Shown in pieces: positions 49,661 through 61,293 of a stretch of 64,000 nt of DNA. The notes under the pieces were generated by a model. The model ran no database searches. It was not told where the DNA came from and saw only the letters and a list, made by a program, of their open reading frames with translations. Location: the NCBI RefSeq assembly GCF_052425735.1, contig NC_135763.1:35278001-35342000 (forward strand), in the 5' to 3' direction. The translations under genes and the position numbers were made by a program. Every line of letters starts with the position of its first letter. The first letter of the stretch is position 1. Origin of the DNA: Oculina patagonica. Its lineage: Eukaryota.

Positions 49661-50653
49661 TCAGTGGGTGGTTAGTTCAAAGTGAATCTTTCTGGTTTTC
49701 TTGCTGCAATCCTTCACAGAATTCCTTTCCCCGTCGCCATCTCGCGTGCCATTCACGTCTACGGGACGATCAAATAACATTTTCTTCTTGATCAACACTG
49801 GTGCCCAATAAACTTGGTATTTTTTGCCGGCAACTGTACCAGTCTTCTTGTCTCTGCATTCATAAACGCTTTTACCGAATCTTGATTGCAGATAATTGTT
49901 AAACTTTTTGCTTGAGTTGGCGTAAGCGGACTTAACGCGATATTCAGTTTTGTTAATTGACGGAAACGAATCTTCGTATGAGTCTCCATGGAAACGCTCT
50001 TTCACGAGGTCAACGGCACTTTGTTTGGTTAATTTCTTCGTTTGGACATCGCTGTGGTCTTCAATGACAACTTTTATGTGGCTTTTTGGCAAATCGTTAC
50101 TGTCATCGCTTGAATCTGGCCTAGAACCCTGTTCACCTGTCGATGCTAGCTTCTTTCCTTCCACGACAAGAGTTTTAATTGGCTGGTCTTCAGTGATTGA
50201 CAGTGCTTGTAAATCAGGAATGCAAGGAAGTCGAAACTTGTGTTTTGTCACCCTCGCTTGTACGTAGGTACATCCAGGTGCCGAGCTTGATCGCTTTCTC
50301 GTCAAAATGCTGTTTTCAATTTCGTTGACCTTTACGACATCTTTATCCATCGCTATGAGTTTGGGAAATGCGCTCGACTCAGCCGGCGAGTTGGTTGCCA
50401 ATGGCAACATCTCTGTCAATGACTTGAGTCTGCTGTTTTGTCCCTTCCGCGGCGGTCGCCAAATCTTTTCATCGATTACTGCTTGAGATTTCTTTTGTTT
50501 CTCGGCGTTTTCTTTTCCATACTCTCCTATGATTTTCTCATTTATTGAGCTAGAAATGCCTTCCGAGTCTTCGGGATCTTTAGGCTGTGGTAGTTTCACT
50601 TGTAAACACTCTTTAGAATCCAGACGAACCTTTCTAATTGACAAGAAACTCAT
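49661..50653 (-). CDS. Cluster gene 14: disordered protein with C-terminal RVxF (RKIHF) and LPCI motif
   Basis: ORF 49661..50713. Acceptor TTCTTTGCAG at 50666 precedes ATG 50653; putative 5' UTR intron 51145-50666 (AG|GTAAAC). RKRSSS, FRLPCIPD, RKIHF at 49679-49693. Confidence 0.8.
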   Translation of the reverse strand: MSFLSIRKVRLDSKECLQVKLPQPKDPEDSEGISSSINEKIIGEYGKENAEKQKKSQAVIDEKIWRPPRKGQNSRLKSLTEMLPLATNSPAESSAFPKLIAMDKDVVKVNEIENSILTRKRSSSAPGCTYVQARVTKHKFRLPCIPDLQALSITEDQPIKTLVVEGKKLASTGEQGSRPDSSDDSNDLPKSHIKVVIEDHSDVQTKKLTKQSAVDLVKERFHGDSYEDSFPSINKTEYRVKSAYANSSKKFNNYLQSRFGKSVYECRDKKTGTVAGKKYQVYWAPVLIKKKMLFDRPVDVNGTRDGDGERNSVKDCSKKTRKIHFELTTH

Positions 50654-53334
50654 TTGAATGGTTTCCTGCAAAGAAATGAAGCATTTGCGGTTATGCGGTT
50701 TCCAGGCGGCCACTATATTACATTGTTAAAAATATTCTACACAATTTCGGATTAATATAAAGAAAAATTGATTTCTTAAAAATCAACCATAACTAACGAG
50801 AAAACAAATGGAAAATGTAAACAAAAACAATCTGAATATTAGGCCATTCACTAAGAACCAATCTAAAATAATTATTTGTTTTCCACTCCATAACAACATT
50901 GCCCGCAGTGCTCGCTGAAAGTCGATGACCATGACGATGTGGTAATAATCATTTAAAAAGACTCCGTTTGACTCCGTGAAATAACAAATCCAAAAAAGCT
51001 TCGATGTTGTTCTCAGTCACCAACGATTTTTTTTCATAAAAGTTATTTTTGCAGACCATCGAAAGCGTCTGTAATTTAGGGCTACGTTTGAAGCGTGCAC
51101 ACAGACAAGAACATAACATCATAAAAGCATAACAAGAAAGTTTACCTTTTCTTGAAAACTTCACTTCCAGCCACAAATTGAAATTCAGTCGCCCAGTTTT
51201 CGTATGCTTCGGGCAATTAAAGCGAGTTCTTACTCCAGCTATCCAAAGACGCCAACTCTTTAGTATCGGTACTTTCACCGTCGCGAACCCAGCGCCTCCG
51301 TTAACTCCACGCTTTAATTTGTCGACATGTAACTGAAAGTGGTTATAGCTACGACTGAAAGCTTTGATGGCCAGCGAACACTGATAATTCTGTTGCAGAT
51401 GAGCCTCATTAAGTTCATTTAAATTTGTTTCATCTGCTCGACAAGTAGATAATTAGTACTGAACACCTTTGAATGAGTTGCTGCCAAAATTCAACTCCTG
51501 TTTATTATTTCTACGAATTTCTAATAAACGCATTTCAGGAAAAGACTTTAAAATTGAAGATCGGTTTTCTTCGTCTTTGCATTGAAGAGTCAATTGATTT
51601 AGACTAAATTCAAACATATTAGTTAAAAATGTCAATCAAATGCTCTTTTAGTGTGTGTTTTTGCTGCGTTTTTACCCATATTTCATCTATATTTACCGAG
51701 CAGGTGGCATTGGTGCGAGATTTGATTGGCTCAGAGTGTTTTGCAGTGAACAACGCTGTTATTACAAGAAACAATTACTGCAGTTTGTTAGCAGTGTTTG
51801 AGCGTGGGTTATTGAATCCGATTGACCGAACGGTAAACTTCAAAGAGACATCAAATTATCACAAAACAAATACCGTCCGTTTCATGTAATGAGTGTGTTT
51901 TTTTCTCTAGAATGAGACTAACAACGGAAGGCTGTCCTTCTAAGATTGTTGTTCCACCTAAATCAACTTCACGAAAAATCCCCTTCACATAAATTTGTTC
52001 TCCATCTATATATAGGAGTCCTCCCTACTTGTAAGTTTAATATCAAAAGGTAGAAAGAGAAGAAAAGGAAAATGCGAATCTTAAACAAATATTTAAATAC
52101 TTACAAATACTCGACTTTAAAGAAAGGACTTTTAAAGTACATGATTGTTGGAAGTAAATTAACCATGGGCACATATGTTCGTTTGTATTTTTTTATTTCA
52201 ATTTTATTGGCCGTTTAAAGGCGAATATAAAAGCTGCTTTGGCTATTAAAAACAATATAGGTTATGGTTATTTTCAGATTAAACAAGGCAAATAAAAGAT
52301 TTAACCTAGGCTACAACGTTTTGATTAATAAGTCGCGCTTGTTCAAATAAAATCACGGTACAATTTTGGCCGGTTTCGGCGATAAATTAATATAGATAGC
52401 TACAGAGCATGCGTAATTTTGTCAATAGACCTCTTCAGCTTCGTTTGTTTGTTGTCCTATTTCAGACCTCGTGATGTTACCCTTGAGAATTGTTTTTTTT
52501 CAAATTCAAACAACTTTACGTGAAACTGAATGAATGATTTCCAGATAGACAAAGGAAAATTCTCTGAAGAGCATCACAAGATCTGAAATGAGGGGGTGAA
52601 TCTGTAACCTGAATTTCAGACGTCCCTCTCTGGGCGACCAGCTAGTTAATGTGCAGATCCGTTATTTTTTTGGGCAAATTCCTCAATCCGCTACTATTTT
52701 CTTTCAAATCAAAATCTATATTACTTGAAAACTAAATGTTGTATATTTTCAATGCAACTGACGGAAGCTGTTTTTTCTGCCAATCTGTTTAAAAATGTTT
52801 CGTTTTATTGCCTGTTTTTGCGACAATTCCGCCAACAAACCGACGAAGACCGATCCGAATTTCGTTTAGAATCCACGGTCAGAGCTTCCTGACATGAAAA
52901 GTCCGGAATCCGGGCCAAAATTCTCAGCTAATTAGCGTTCCACCGTACTGCACTGAAATCTGCGAATCCACTAGTCTCCCCAAAAAACGGCTGCAAAGGA
53001 GACTACGAATCCGCTCAAGTTTGAAGGATTGTTGACTCGTGGCCAGTCTGTTCAGACTTTTTTCAGTGCTACTCTTGATAATGTGTTTGCATTTTATTAC
53101 AAAAAGCTACCAAAATAGCGAATATTACAAAAACACCTCTTTGAGCCGAGGTAGCTATATTTGATGTTTTTTTAGTTATATTAGATGTCGTTCTTTCATA
53201 GCAGCTTTGTACTAGAACAGAGCGCTGCGCTAGTTGTTGTGCCCAGTCCCACTTCTGTATCAGTGTCAGCGAGATACTCGAGCGACCAACTCATTTCTCA
53301 ACACCAGAACCTCTGGTCCACTAAGTCCACTGGT

Positions 53335-56300
53335 CTAATAAAGTGTCAACGACGGGAGAAGTAGTCTTTCAAAATCTGAAAAGGTAACATAGAACCTCCG
53401 TTTAAAATATATTCACTCGAATTTATATGTTGCGAACAATGTCATGGATTGTTGCGTGGGTAAGGCAGTAGGGTATCAAAAAGATGATTCCAACTTTTGT
53501 TGTTTGCTACTATAATCTATGGCAGACCCAATACCTAATGGCTGCTTAAGCCAAAATTTAAACTGACATGTATCGTGCAACTGGTATGGCTGTCGTGCAG
53601 AAGGTTAAAAATAACTTATTATGCAGAGAGCCGTATACATGGGGAGACTCTTTCTAACACGTGGCCTCTTTGAGGTTGCGATTGAAGATGTTTTCCTGAA
53701 AGAAACATTGTTAAAGTTTTAAAAAGACTAAAGTGTAGCACAAGTACCTTCGTCTTTGACAAAACCATTATTATCGTGGTCTGCAAAATCCACTATTTCC
53801 TGTACTTCCTCCTCAGTTATTTTCTTCCCATACCATATGTGCAGCGCCTCCTGTATTTCACTGACGGGCACGTGACCTTTCTGTTCCGGATCGAACACGT
53901 TGTAGACACAGGTTACCTCGGTTTTCTCCTGTTGGTCTGCTACAATCTCCTCCAGGAACTTGATAACCTCACTGAAGGTTATTGTTGGTTTGTCTAAAAA
54001 AGTATAAAATTTATTTTGAGTAGGTGATGTTCAAAAAGGCTGGTTGATCCTGCAGGTTTGCCTAAGGCTTGCATTTGGTCGATTGCCGTACGCATAGATC
54101 ACTTCACTTATAATTAAATACCTGAAGAAGAATTGACGTGAATTCAATATTTTCTTCTCTCTATTTCAAACTAAAAACAAGTCTTCAAAACAAATTTTTA
54201 AAATACAACAAAGAAAATTGTACCGCTATTACTACCACAGAAGCATGCATGCGCGTATGCCATAGCCCGTATTATAATTCTAGTGATGTCTTTTCTGTAC
54301 CTGCTAACTCCAGTTCATTCAGGTAGTCCCAAGCCTCTGCTTTGTGAATGTTGTAGCCCAAATTTCTGAGTAGCGGGAACAAAAACTTGAATTGTATCTT
54401 ACCAGTGGCATTCACGTCAAACATGGAAAACGCTTCTTCGAATACTGTACGAAAGAAAAGATAACAACAACGAAAAAAAAGTAAGTAACCGTCAAGCTCT
54501 GAGCTGAGAAAGCCGTCACAGACTCAAGCCGAGGTCAATACCCTCCTTTCTTTTATACATAATCTGCATTTTTCTTTGGACTTTCTTTGGGAGAACTGAA
54601 ATCACGAATTGATTGCGTTCTATTAATTTAATTTCATCACTAAGATGCGATTCAGGCGTTTAATTCTAATCTCGATGACATTTTTGTACTTCAATCACTG
54701 TCTAGTGCATGGAACGGCAAACCGTTATAATTCAAACTAGAGTGAATTTATTTATTTTCCGAGGAACATAAGAGAGTGGAACGCACTTCCTGCGGCGATT
54801 GTTGAGTCTGACTCTCTTGCGTGTTTCCAGTCTGGACTGCGCGATTACCTAGGTAGCGATTAAAAAAGTACGTGCGGCGTGTTTGCTCATTTATTTTTAT
54901 TTATTTAGTTGTTTACCCATAGTTATCAATTTAGCTTTCCTATTTTAGAATTTTTCATTTATTATATATGTATATATTGTATTTTACCTATTTTAACTGA
55001 CTGTTAGGGCTTTGGCAATAAGTCAAATCATTATGTTGAGACGTTGGTGTGATATTCGAATGGACTTTTACCGACTTAATAAAATGTAGATGTAGATGTA
55101 GAAAAAGTAAGATTTTTTTTTCTAGTTTAGAGGAGAATTGAAGAGGGTTGCTTTATATATGTCATTTCGGCATACCTTCCATGTGCTCTTTTGTGAATAC
55201 CACTTTCTTCCCCGTGTCTTCATCATCACAATACATTGAGAATGCCTCGTTTACTCTTTGCTGAAAGGCAATATTTCAGTAGTATACATAAGGGAGTATT
55301 TTTATATTCTGATATATTACCGTTACTTCAATCTTTTCCAGTTGAGAGTACACATCCGTTTTCTGGCTCAATCGTATTATACGAATTTTCTAAATGGTAT
55401 ACCAACCAATCTTACTTCCTAACATAAAGCACCGCACCGGCTAACATAAAACAACCACGGGCACCTTTTAACGGGGTATTGACAAATTTAAGGGTTCCTT
55501 ATTGATCTTTCAAGAACTTGAAGACGGTAATAAAAAATATTTTAAACTTTAGGAGGTGAACTTTAAGTCTGCCATCTTCTTTCTCACTCGGCTCGCGATA
55601 GCTGTTGACATACGTACTCTTATTGGACTCACTGTTAATAAAGGCAACCGCTACTTTATCTGTAAATTACCTCTCTTTGTTGAGCTCTCTTGACGGAAAA
55701 TTTCAGATGTCCTTCTGCTTGCTTTAGGGCATGCATCACTTCCATTGCGTATTTCAGAGAAGCTTTACCCAGGTAGAAATCGTTGATCTAAAGTAAATCA
55801 TTGACATGTATCTTTTCATCATAGCAGGCCACGACGGAGGGGAACTTTGAACGAATAATTTTTTTTCATTATTTATTAAAGTGCGGAATAAAAGTTTCTA
55901 GATAATGTATGAATTGAAATATTTTTATTCTACCGCCAATATCTTATCGCCAGGGAATAGCTTTCCTTCTGCAATACTTTTGCGTCTGACATTTGCCACA
56001 AATATTCCCGGAACACCTTCACTGTTGCCGTCGGTTTTCTGTCCTTCTACTAACTGGATCCCAAGCTTGGTGGAGTTTTCTCCTGCTGTAACACAGATTG
56101 AGAAGGAAATAAGAGATAACTACAAATGAGGTCCACAGGTAGCGTGGTGTTTAATTAATTTCTGGTTCATCATCTCTTGGCGTTTAAATTTTTGGTTAGT
56201 CGTCCTACGGGAGATTTACACTTACAATTTTTTTAATACTGGCTTCAGCCGACAGCAGCCACGAAGTAATGTCTCACAATGTCTTTTCTTAAGTTTAGTC

Positions 56301-59251
56301 CATAGCCATAGGTTTGCAGCTTTTTCATGAAAATATTCAGCTTGGCGAGGTTTTTATGCGAGTGATGCGCATGTTTAACTAATCATATCATAGCTTTCAA
56401 GAAACCTAGGCTAGCTTCGGGGTTAATGTCCAGATAAAACAAAAAAAAAAACAAAAACAAAAAAACAAACAAACAAACAAACATAAAAACGAAAAAAATA
56501 ACAATTTTAATTGTTGTTTAACTTTTCCAATGGTCGTATTTTACAGAAAAAGCCATTAAAGATTTGTCCATAAATTTGCATGCATTCAATGCATGATTCC
56601 AACTCAGTGCTTAACAGATTTATAACTTAAAACCTTAGAAATGTTCACAATTAATTAAACTAAAGATTAAAAAAAAAAAACCTTTAATGTGTTATAGAAA
56701 CCTCTAATACCCCAGACCTGATCCTGGTGTAGTGATTATTTCGACAGTCTCAATCTCCGCTCGCTGCTCACTCTGACGGCGTCGCAGATTATTTAGAATT
56801 TTCTTTCTAACTTGAAGATCCAATGTGGTCTGCGGAAATAAAATAGATGATAAAACGGTGATATAAAAATACACGCTCATAGTCTGTTTACAGACCCGCA
56901 ATTTTCTCTCAAGTTCGTCGAGAGTTTGGAAGCAAGATATACTGAACCGCGGGGAATCTGAACGATTGCCAACGCAAAGGCAGAAGGAGACACGATCATA
57001 AACGAAGGGCCTAAACCAGACGTTTGCCATACATGAAGCAAGATCTTGCAAGGGGGTTCTGGGAGCGGTGATCAGAGAATCAATGTGACTGTTTCACTAT
57101 ACAGAACGACAACAAATACGCCAAGTTTTCAATATGTAGAATATTTAACTTAATATAGAGCTATCTACTCGCCGATGTTCAGCGGCGAGGTAGTCCTGTC
57201 TGTATAATAAGGAAATTCAAAACTCGTCGATGTTCAGCGGCGAGGTAGTCCTGTCTGTATAATAACAATATCCTTATTATACAGACAGGACTACCTCGCC
57301 GATGATCATCGGCGAGTGTTCCGTTCTGTATATCAGTGAAATGTAGTAATCACAGATTATTACATTCACATAAAATACAATTTCTCTATAGATATAAACA
57401 TTCACATAATATGTGACTGTATGTACACCCTTCTGGGAGCATACCCTCGAGAAAATTTAAAATCAAGAAGCTCTGGAACTCTTTCTTCGACATTTTTCAT
57501 AAGGTATTTCTTGAGAAAAATCAATCTAGTTCAACTTGGGATTTTTTCCCAACAGAACATATTTTGTTTTTAATTTGGGGTTAAAATGAAGACGAGACGA
57601 GTGCCTCGTCTTGCCTATTGCTAGTTACGGCCCTGATAAAAGCCAGCAGAGCTGATGAAGTTGCGTTAATATGTCTGAAATGTTATTTACAATTATAAAT
57701 TTGTAAACGTATTTTAAACAGTTATTGGATGAGGTTTTTGTGATATCCGGAATAATCAAGGTCGAGATAAGTGTTATCAGCCGAAGCCGAAGGCTGAGGC
57801 TGATAACACTTACAGAGACCTTGATTATTACGGATATCACAAAAACCGAATTTAATAATTGTTTTATTATACATTGTTTTTCTGGAAAAAATAAGGACAA
57901 AACGACTACAACCGTTCTACTAATTCCTACTTGCCGTCTTGCTTTTGAATGCTTTTCTCTCAAAGTATTCGTGGAATAGTTCCTCCGCAATCTTTGTCGG
58001 TCATTTTGTGTTTTCCGAGAATTATATTGTCCAGCAATTTTTCAATTTAGGTTAATGTTTTCCTCGGTTGAAGAAGCGAATCGACGAACTATGAATTTCC
58101 TTCGCTGTCAGATGTGTCCCACATTCCTCTCGGAAATCATGCATTGCGCGCCCAACCTACAGATTAGTGAATAATCTGCTAGCAGATTATTCACTAATCT
58201 GTAGGTTGCGCTGATTCTCAGAATTAACTGTAGGCTCTTAGCCAATGAGAAGACAGATAGTGACTACAATGTATAATAAACTTAGTAATTTAGTTTAGAA
58301 AGAGCATCAAAAAGCTAAAATTAGGCAACTTGTAATTAAAAGTTTCGATTAAGTTTGCTCCTAGTCTTTGCCACTTTTTTAATTGTAATCATGAGCATCC
58401 ATCAATTTATGGTACCCGAAGAATCTTCTTCCCCAGTTGAAGGTCCAATGTGCTCTGCAGAAATAAACACGATCAATCAGTACATTAGCTGTTTGAGTTG
58501 TTATTTTTCTTACTCTGACTTTGTAAATGTTTTTTCCTCAAGGTAAGGAAGAATATCGCAGAGCAAAAATGGAGCAATTTGCATCTTGAATTTCTTCCTA
58601 CAGTCTACAGAATTTAAAAGCCGTGGGGAAAACCCTATTTATACGAATAGTCACAGTTGTTACGGCCCACGTCTACAGTTAGCCTAATTCGACTGCGGCT
58701 CATCCTAGTTGTACTTAAAGGGGCCCGTGTGTTATATCCAATTCGGATAAAGGCGGTGTTACACGGGACAACTTGCAATAACGATTTTTTGCGCACAATG
58801 TTGTGCGAAAAATCGAACTGAGGACGATTTTTCGCACAATTTTTGACTCAGCAACACGATGCGAATTTTTAAACCCAAGTCAAAAACTCGCAACGTGTTG
58901 CCAACATTCAGTGTTGCGCCAAAAATAAAATCGTTGTTCCAAGTTGTACCGTGTAACACAATCTTAAGTCGAGGTGTAATTTAAATCACATCGGCCCTAA
59001 ATGCACATTAAAATAATTTATATGCAGGACGCTCTTACCTTGGTTTCTGTTTCACAATCTTTCGATCTTCTTTTACGCTTTTTGTAAATTCTAACGGTGG
59101 TCAAAATGGCAATAACAATCCACAGCAACAAGACACATGCTATGAACCCGAAGAACAGTGTGTAGGCTACAATGTTGTGTGGGTTTTTGAGTGATTCTGC
59201 GGCTTCCTTTTCGTCATTGTGGCCTGCAAGTTTGGCAAGGAAGGAACCCAT
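53335..59251 (-). CDS. Single-pass transmembrane protein with PDZ domain and calmodulin-like four-EF-hand region (~369 aa, 8 coding exons)
   Basis: Hand-spliced exons 59251-59039, 56829-56718, 56085-55934, 55787-55671, 55260-55176, 54444-54301, 53993-53748, 53375-53335; all GT-AG and phase-compatible. TM IVAYTLFFGFIACVLLLWIVIAILTTV + KKRKRR. PDZ KLGIQLV..GIFVANV..GKLFPGDKILAIND..LKFSVKR. EF region EAFSMFDVNATGKI..LLRNLGYN..VFDPEQKGHV..ITEEEVQEIVDFADHDNNGFVKDEDF. Confidence 0.85.
54700..55101 (+). mobile_element. LINE (CR1/L2-like) 3' remnant in an intron
   Basis: ORF2-terminal peptide EWNALPAAIVESDSLACFQSGLRDYL (54774-54863), then AATAAA and a (TGTAGA)n tail. Confidence 0.6.
57092..57341. 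repeat. Fold-back element with two direct copies and one inverted copy of a 44-bp hairpin unit
   Basis: Units at 57167-57210 and 57222-57265, inverted at 57274-57317; outer inverted repeat TATACAGAACG. Confidence 0.75.
57716..58278. mobile_element. Palindrome-rich non-autonomous element
   Basis: About 150-bp imperfect hairpin at 57716-57866 centred on AGCCGAAGCCGAAGGCTGAGGCT, and a perfect 56-bp palindrome at 58153-58208. Confidence 0.65.
58407..58454 (-). other. Duplicated alternative exon of the TM-PDZ-EF gene (STLDLQLGKKILRVP*)
   Basis: Acceptor TTTATTTCTGCAG; peptide and DNA homologous to the start of exon 56829 (TTLDLQVRKKIL); same phase 0. Confidence 0.65.
58751..58964. mobile_element. 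Harbinger-like MITE
   Basis: TIR GTGTTACACGGGACAACTTG..AACGATTTT / AAAATCGTT..CAAGTTGTACCGTGTAACAC, flanked by TAA. Confidence 0.7.
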
Positions 59252-61229
59252 GCTGAAATGAGGTACAACACATGGACATTACTGCAAGAAGATACAAAAC
59301 CAAAAATGACATAAAAAACCAAGTTTGAAAGTTTGAAAGCAGCACGCCAGCAAGAATAGTCTTGACGTGGGTCTCAATATTGGACCTCACACGTTAGTAC
59401 GGTACACTAAGGAACGTCACTATTTGTCATACAACCTGTTAAAATACTATAAGTAAAAAGGTAAATGACTACCAGATATGGAAAAAGGCCAACATTAATG
59501 GCTGGACTGAAGATTTTTAGACCATTATAATTTTAAGGGTGAAGTTTTTCTGGGATGGCGTTGCTCTGGATGGGAGAGATGACGCGTAGCCATCCAAAGA
59601 CGTTTCTATAAACAATCCTTAACACCGGTTGTTGGTGTTTACATTTTTTATAGAGCAATGCAACGACATTGGCCTAAAAATGTAGTTTAACCACATAGTT
59701 AAAATTTTTAAATGTAGTGAGAAATACGGCGCAACAGGAATTAGATTTCTTTTGCATTTATAGTAATAAGTTTAGTTAGTCTATTATTTAATGGCAGGTC
59801 CACACCAGCCTTATGGTTGCCTTACCGGACCTGCCTCGACAAAAAATTATGTATGTATGTAGGAAATTGTGGCGCTGTTTTTATGCCGGGGGTCAGTAGT
59901 CACCGGAGATGCAGGAAAATATACAAGGCAATTTAGTTTTCTAGTACTATGGGAAGAAAACTGATCATTTATTCCGCACCTGGGTGCATTTTCTATTGCA
60001 AAATATTATGCAGTGTTTTGAAATTTTTTCTTTCACCTCTCTTGTTTTGCTTTTTTGGAAACCTCGTTTCTTACCCTCCCTTCTCCCGTTCTCCTAGACC
60101 TCTCACCTCGCCTCCTCCACGCCACTTTTGACAGTTATTTGTCTAATTCCATCAGAAACGTTTTTCAAGTTGGTGTTTCTATTGTGCTGGGATATTCCGC
60201 AAATAATTTAACATTTCAATGATTAACAGTTTTTCTAAATGGCACGGAACAAATGTGATAATCATTTCAGTTTAATTTTGTCTTTTGAATGGAAACATAC
60301 CATGGAAACGTTATATATGTAAAAATAAAACGTAAAAACCTTGTTTATCATAATAATTGTTTGTTTTTGTTATCACGATAATTTCAGTTTTTCTGTGAAT
60401 AAAAACTTTTTAAGACACATAGGCATTCTCTGTAATTTTGTAGTCTTTCCCCGGTGCAATTTGCGGAACATTTTTCGCTCTACGCACTTTTAAATTTTAG
60501 CAAAATTTTTCAATGTACATCACTTTGTAATTAAAAAAAAATATCGATTTTTTTTTTTACAAAAAGATATTTTGTGATTATTGGTGACACTGTCGTTTGA
60601 CACTGTGTGGTCAATAGCAGTCAATTTCTTATTTAAGGGCAGACAGTTCTATATTATAGATACGTACAACTTAGTGTTATCAAGATCACGTGTTCGGGCT
60701 GACAGTTATTAATTTGCAAACGATAATTTGAATTTTCTGCCCTCATCACGTAAATTTACATTTTCTGAAAAAGAATCGTAAATGCTTCCAACGTACTCAA
60801 AATTAATGAAGAAAGTTTAAGCTTAAACAAAACTTTCACTAATAACTGTGAAGCAAAGATAATAATATTCGACGCGCAAAATCAAAGTATTGTTACAAAT
60901 CACATGTTGTCAGACTGGTCACTATTCGTGAGTACCTCGGACGAGTTTTTATGTTAAGTACCTTTTGTCAACCTTTTAGTTATGAGAGCCTTCGTGAGAA
61001 GTGTTTATCAGGGAGGTCCAAAGTTGGCGTTACAATTTCTTGGCCACCGAATTCGGCATTTACTTGCGACAATTCTTTGTCCCGCTTATTGCGAAGTCCT
61101 CCTGAAAATATTGTCACTTGCTTGACTTCCCGTCATAAGGAATTTCTGACGTAAGGTAAATAACGCAAACGTTTCATTGTTTGCATTTGCCCTATAGGCA
61201 CACCGTCACAGAGACAAAAATACCGTGCT

Positions 61230-61293
61230 TGTGATTGGCTCTCAAGTTTGTAAGCCATTTCAAGTCAATGTCACGAGATTGTATCTTAGCAAC
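61230..61293 (-). promoter_or_regulatory. Putative promoter of the TM-PDZ-EF gene (CCAAT box and X-box)
   Basis: GATTGGCT (CCAAT on the minus strand) near 61233 and GTATCTTAGCAAC at 61281-61293; possible non-coding first exon donor GAG|GTACTC near 60935. Confidence 0.35.

Noticed and set aside
42-50267. Antisense ORFs overlapping cluster genes (e.g. 42..419, 46681..47199, 42908..43216, 49950..50267)
   Set aside because: Shadow frames of K/E/R-rich sense ORFs giving F/L/S-rich translations; no independent support.
56830-57051. Upstream part of ORF 56704..57051 as an extra coding exon
   Set aside because: No convincing acceptor/donor pair or domain similarity; the strong acceptor at 56830 explains the coding part.
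57167-57317. Repeated 44-bp hairpin units resembling a CRISPR array
   Set aside because: Only two direct copies with an 11-bp gap plus one inverted copy; eukaryotic intron; no cas genes.
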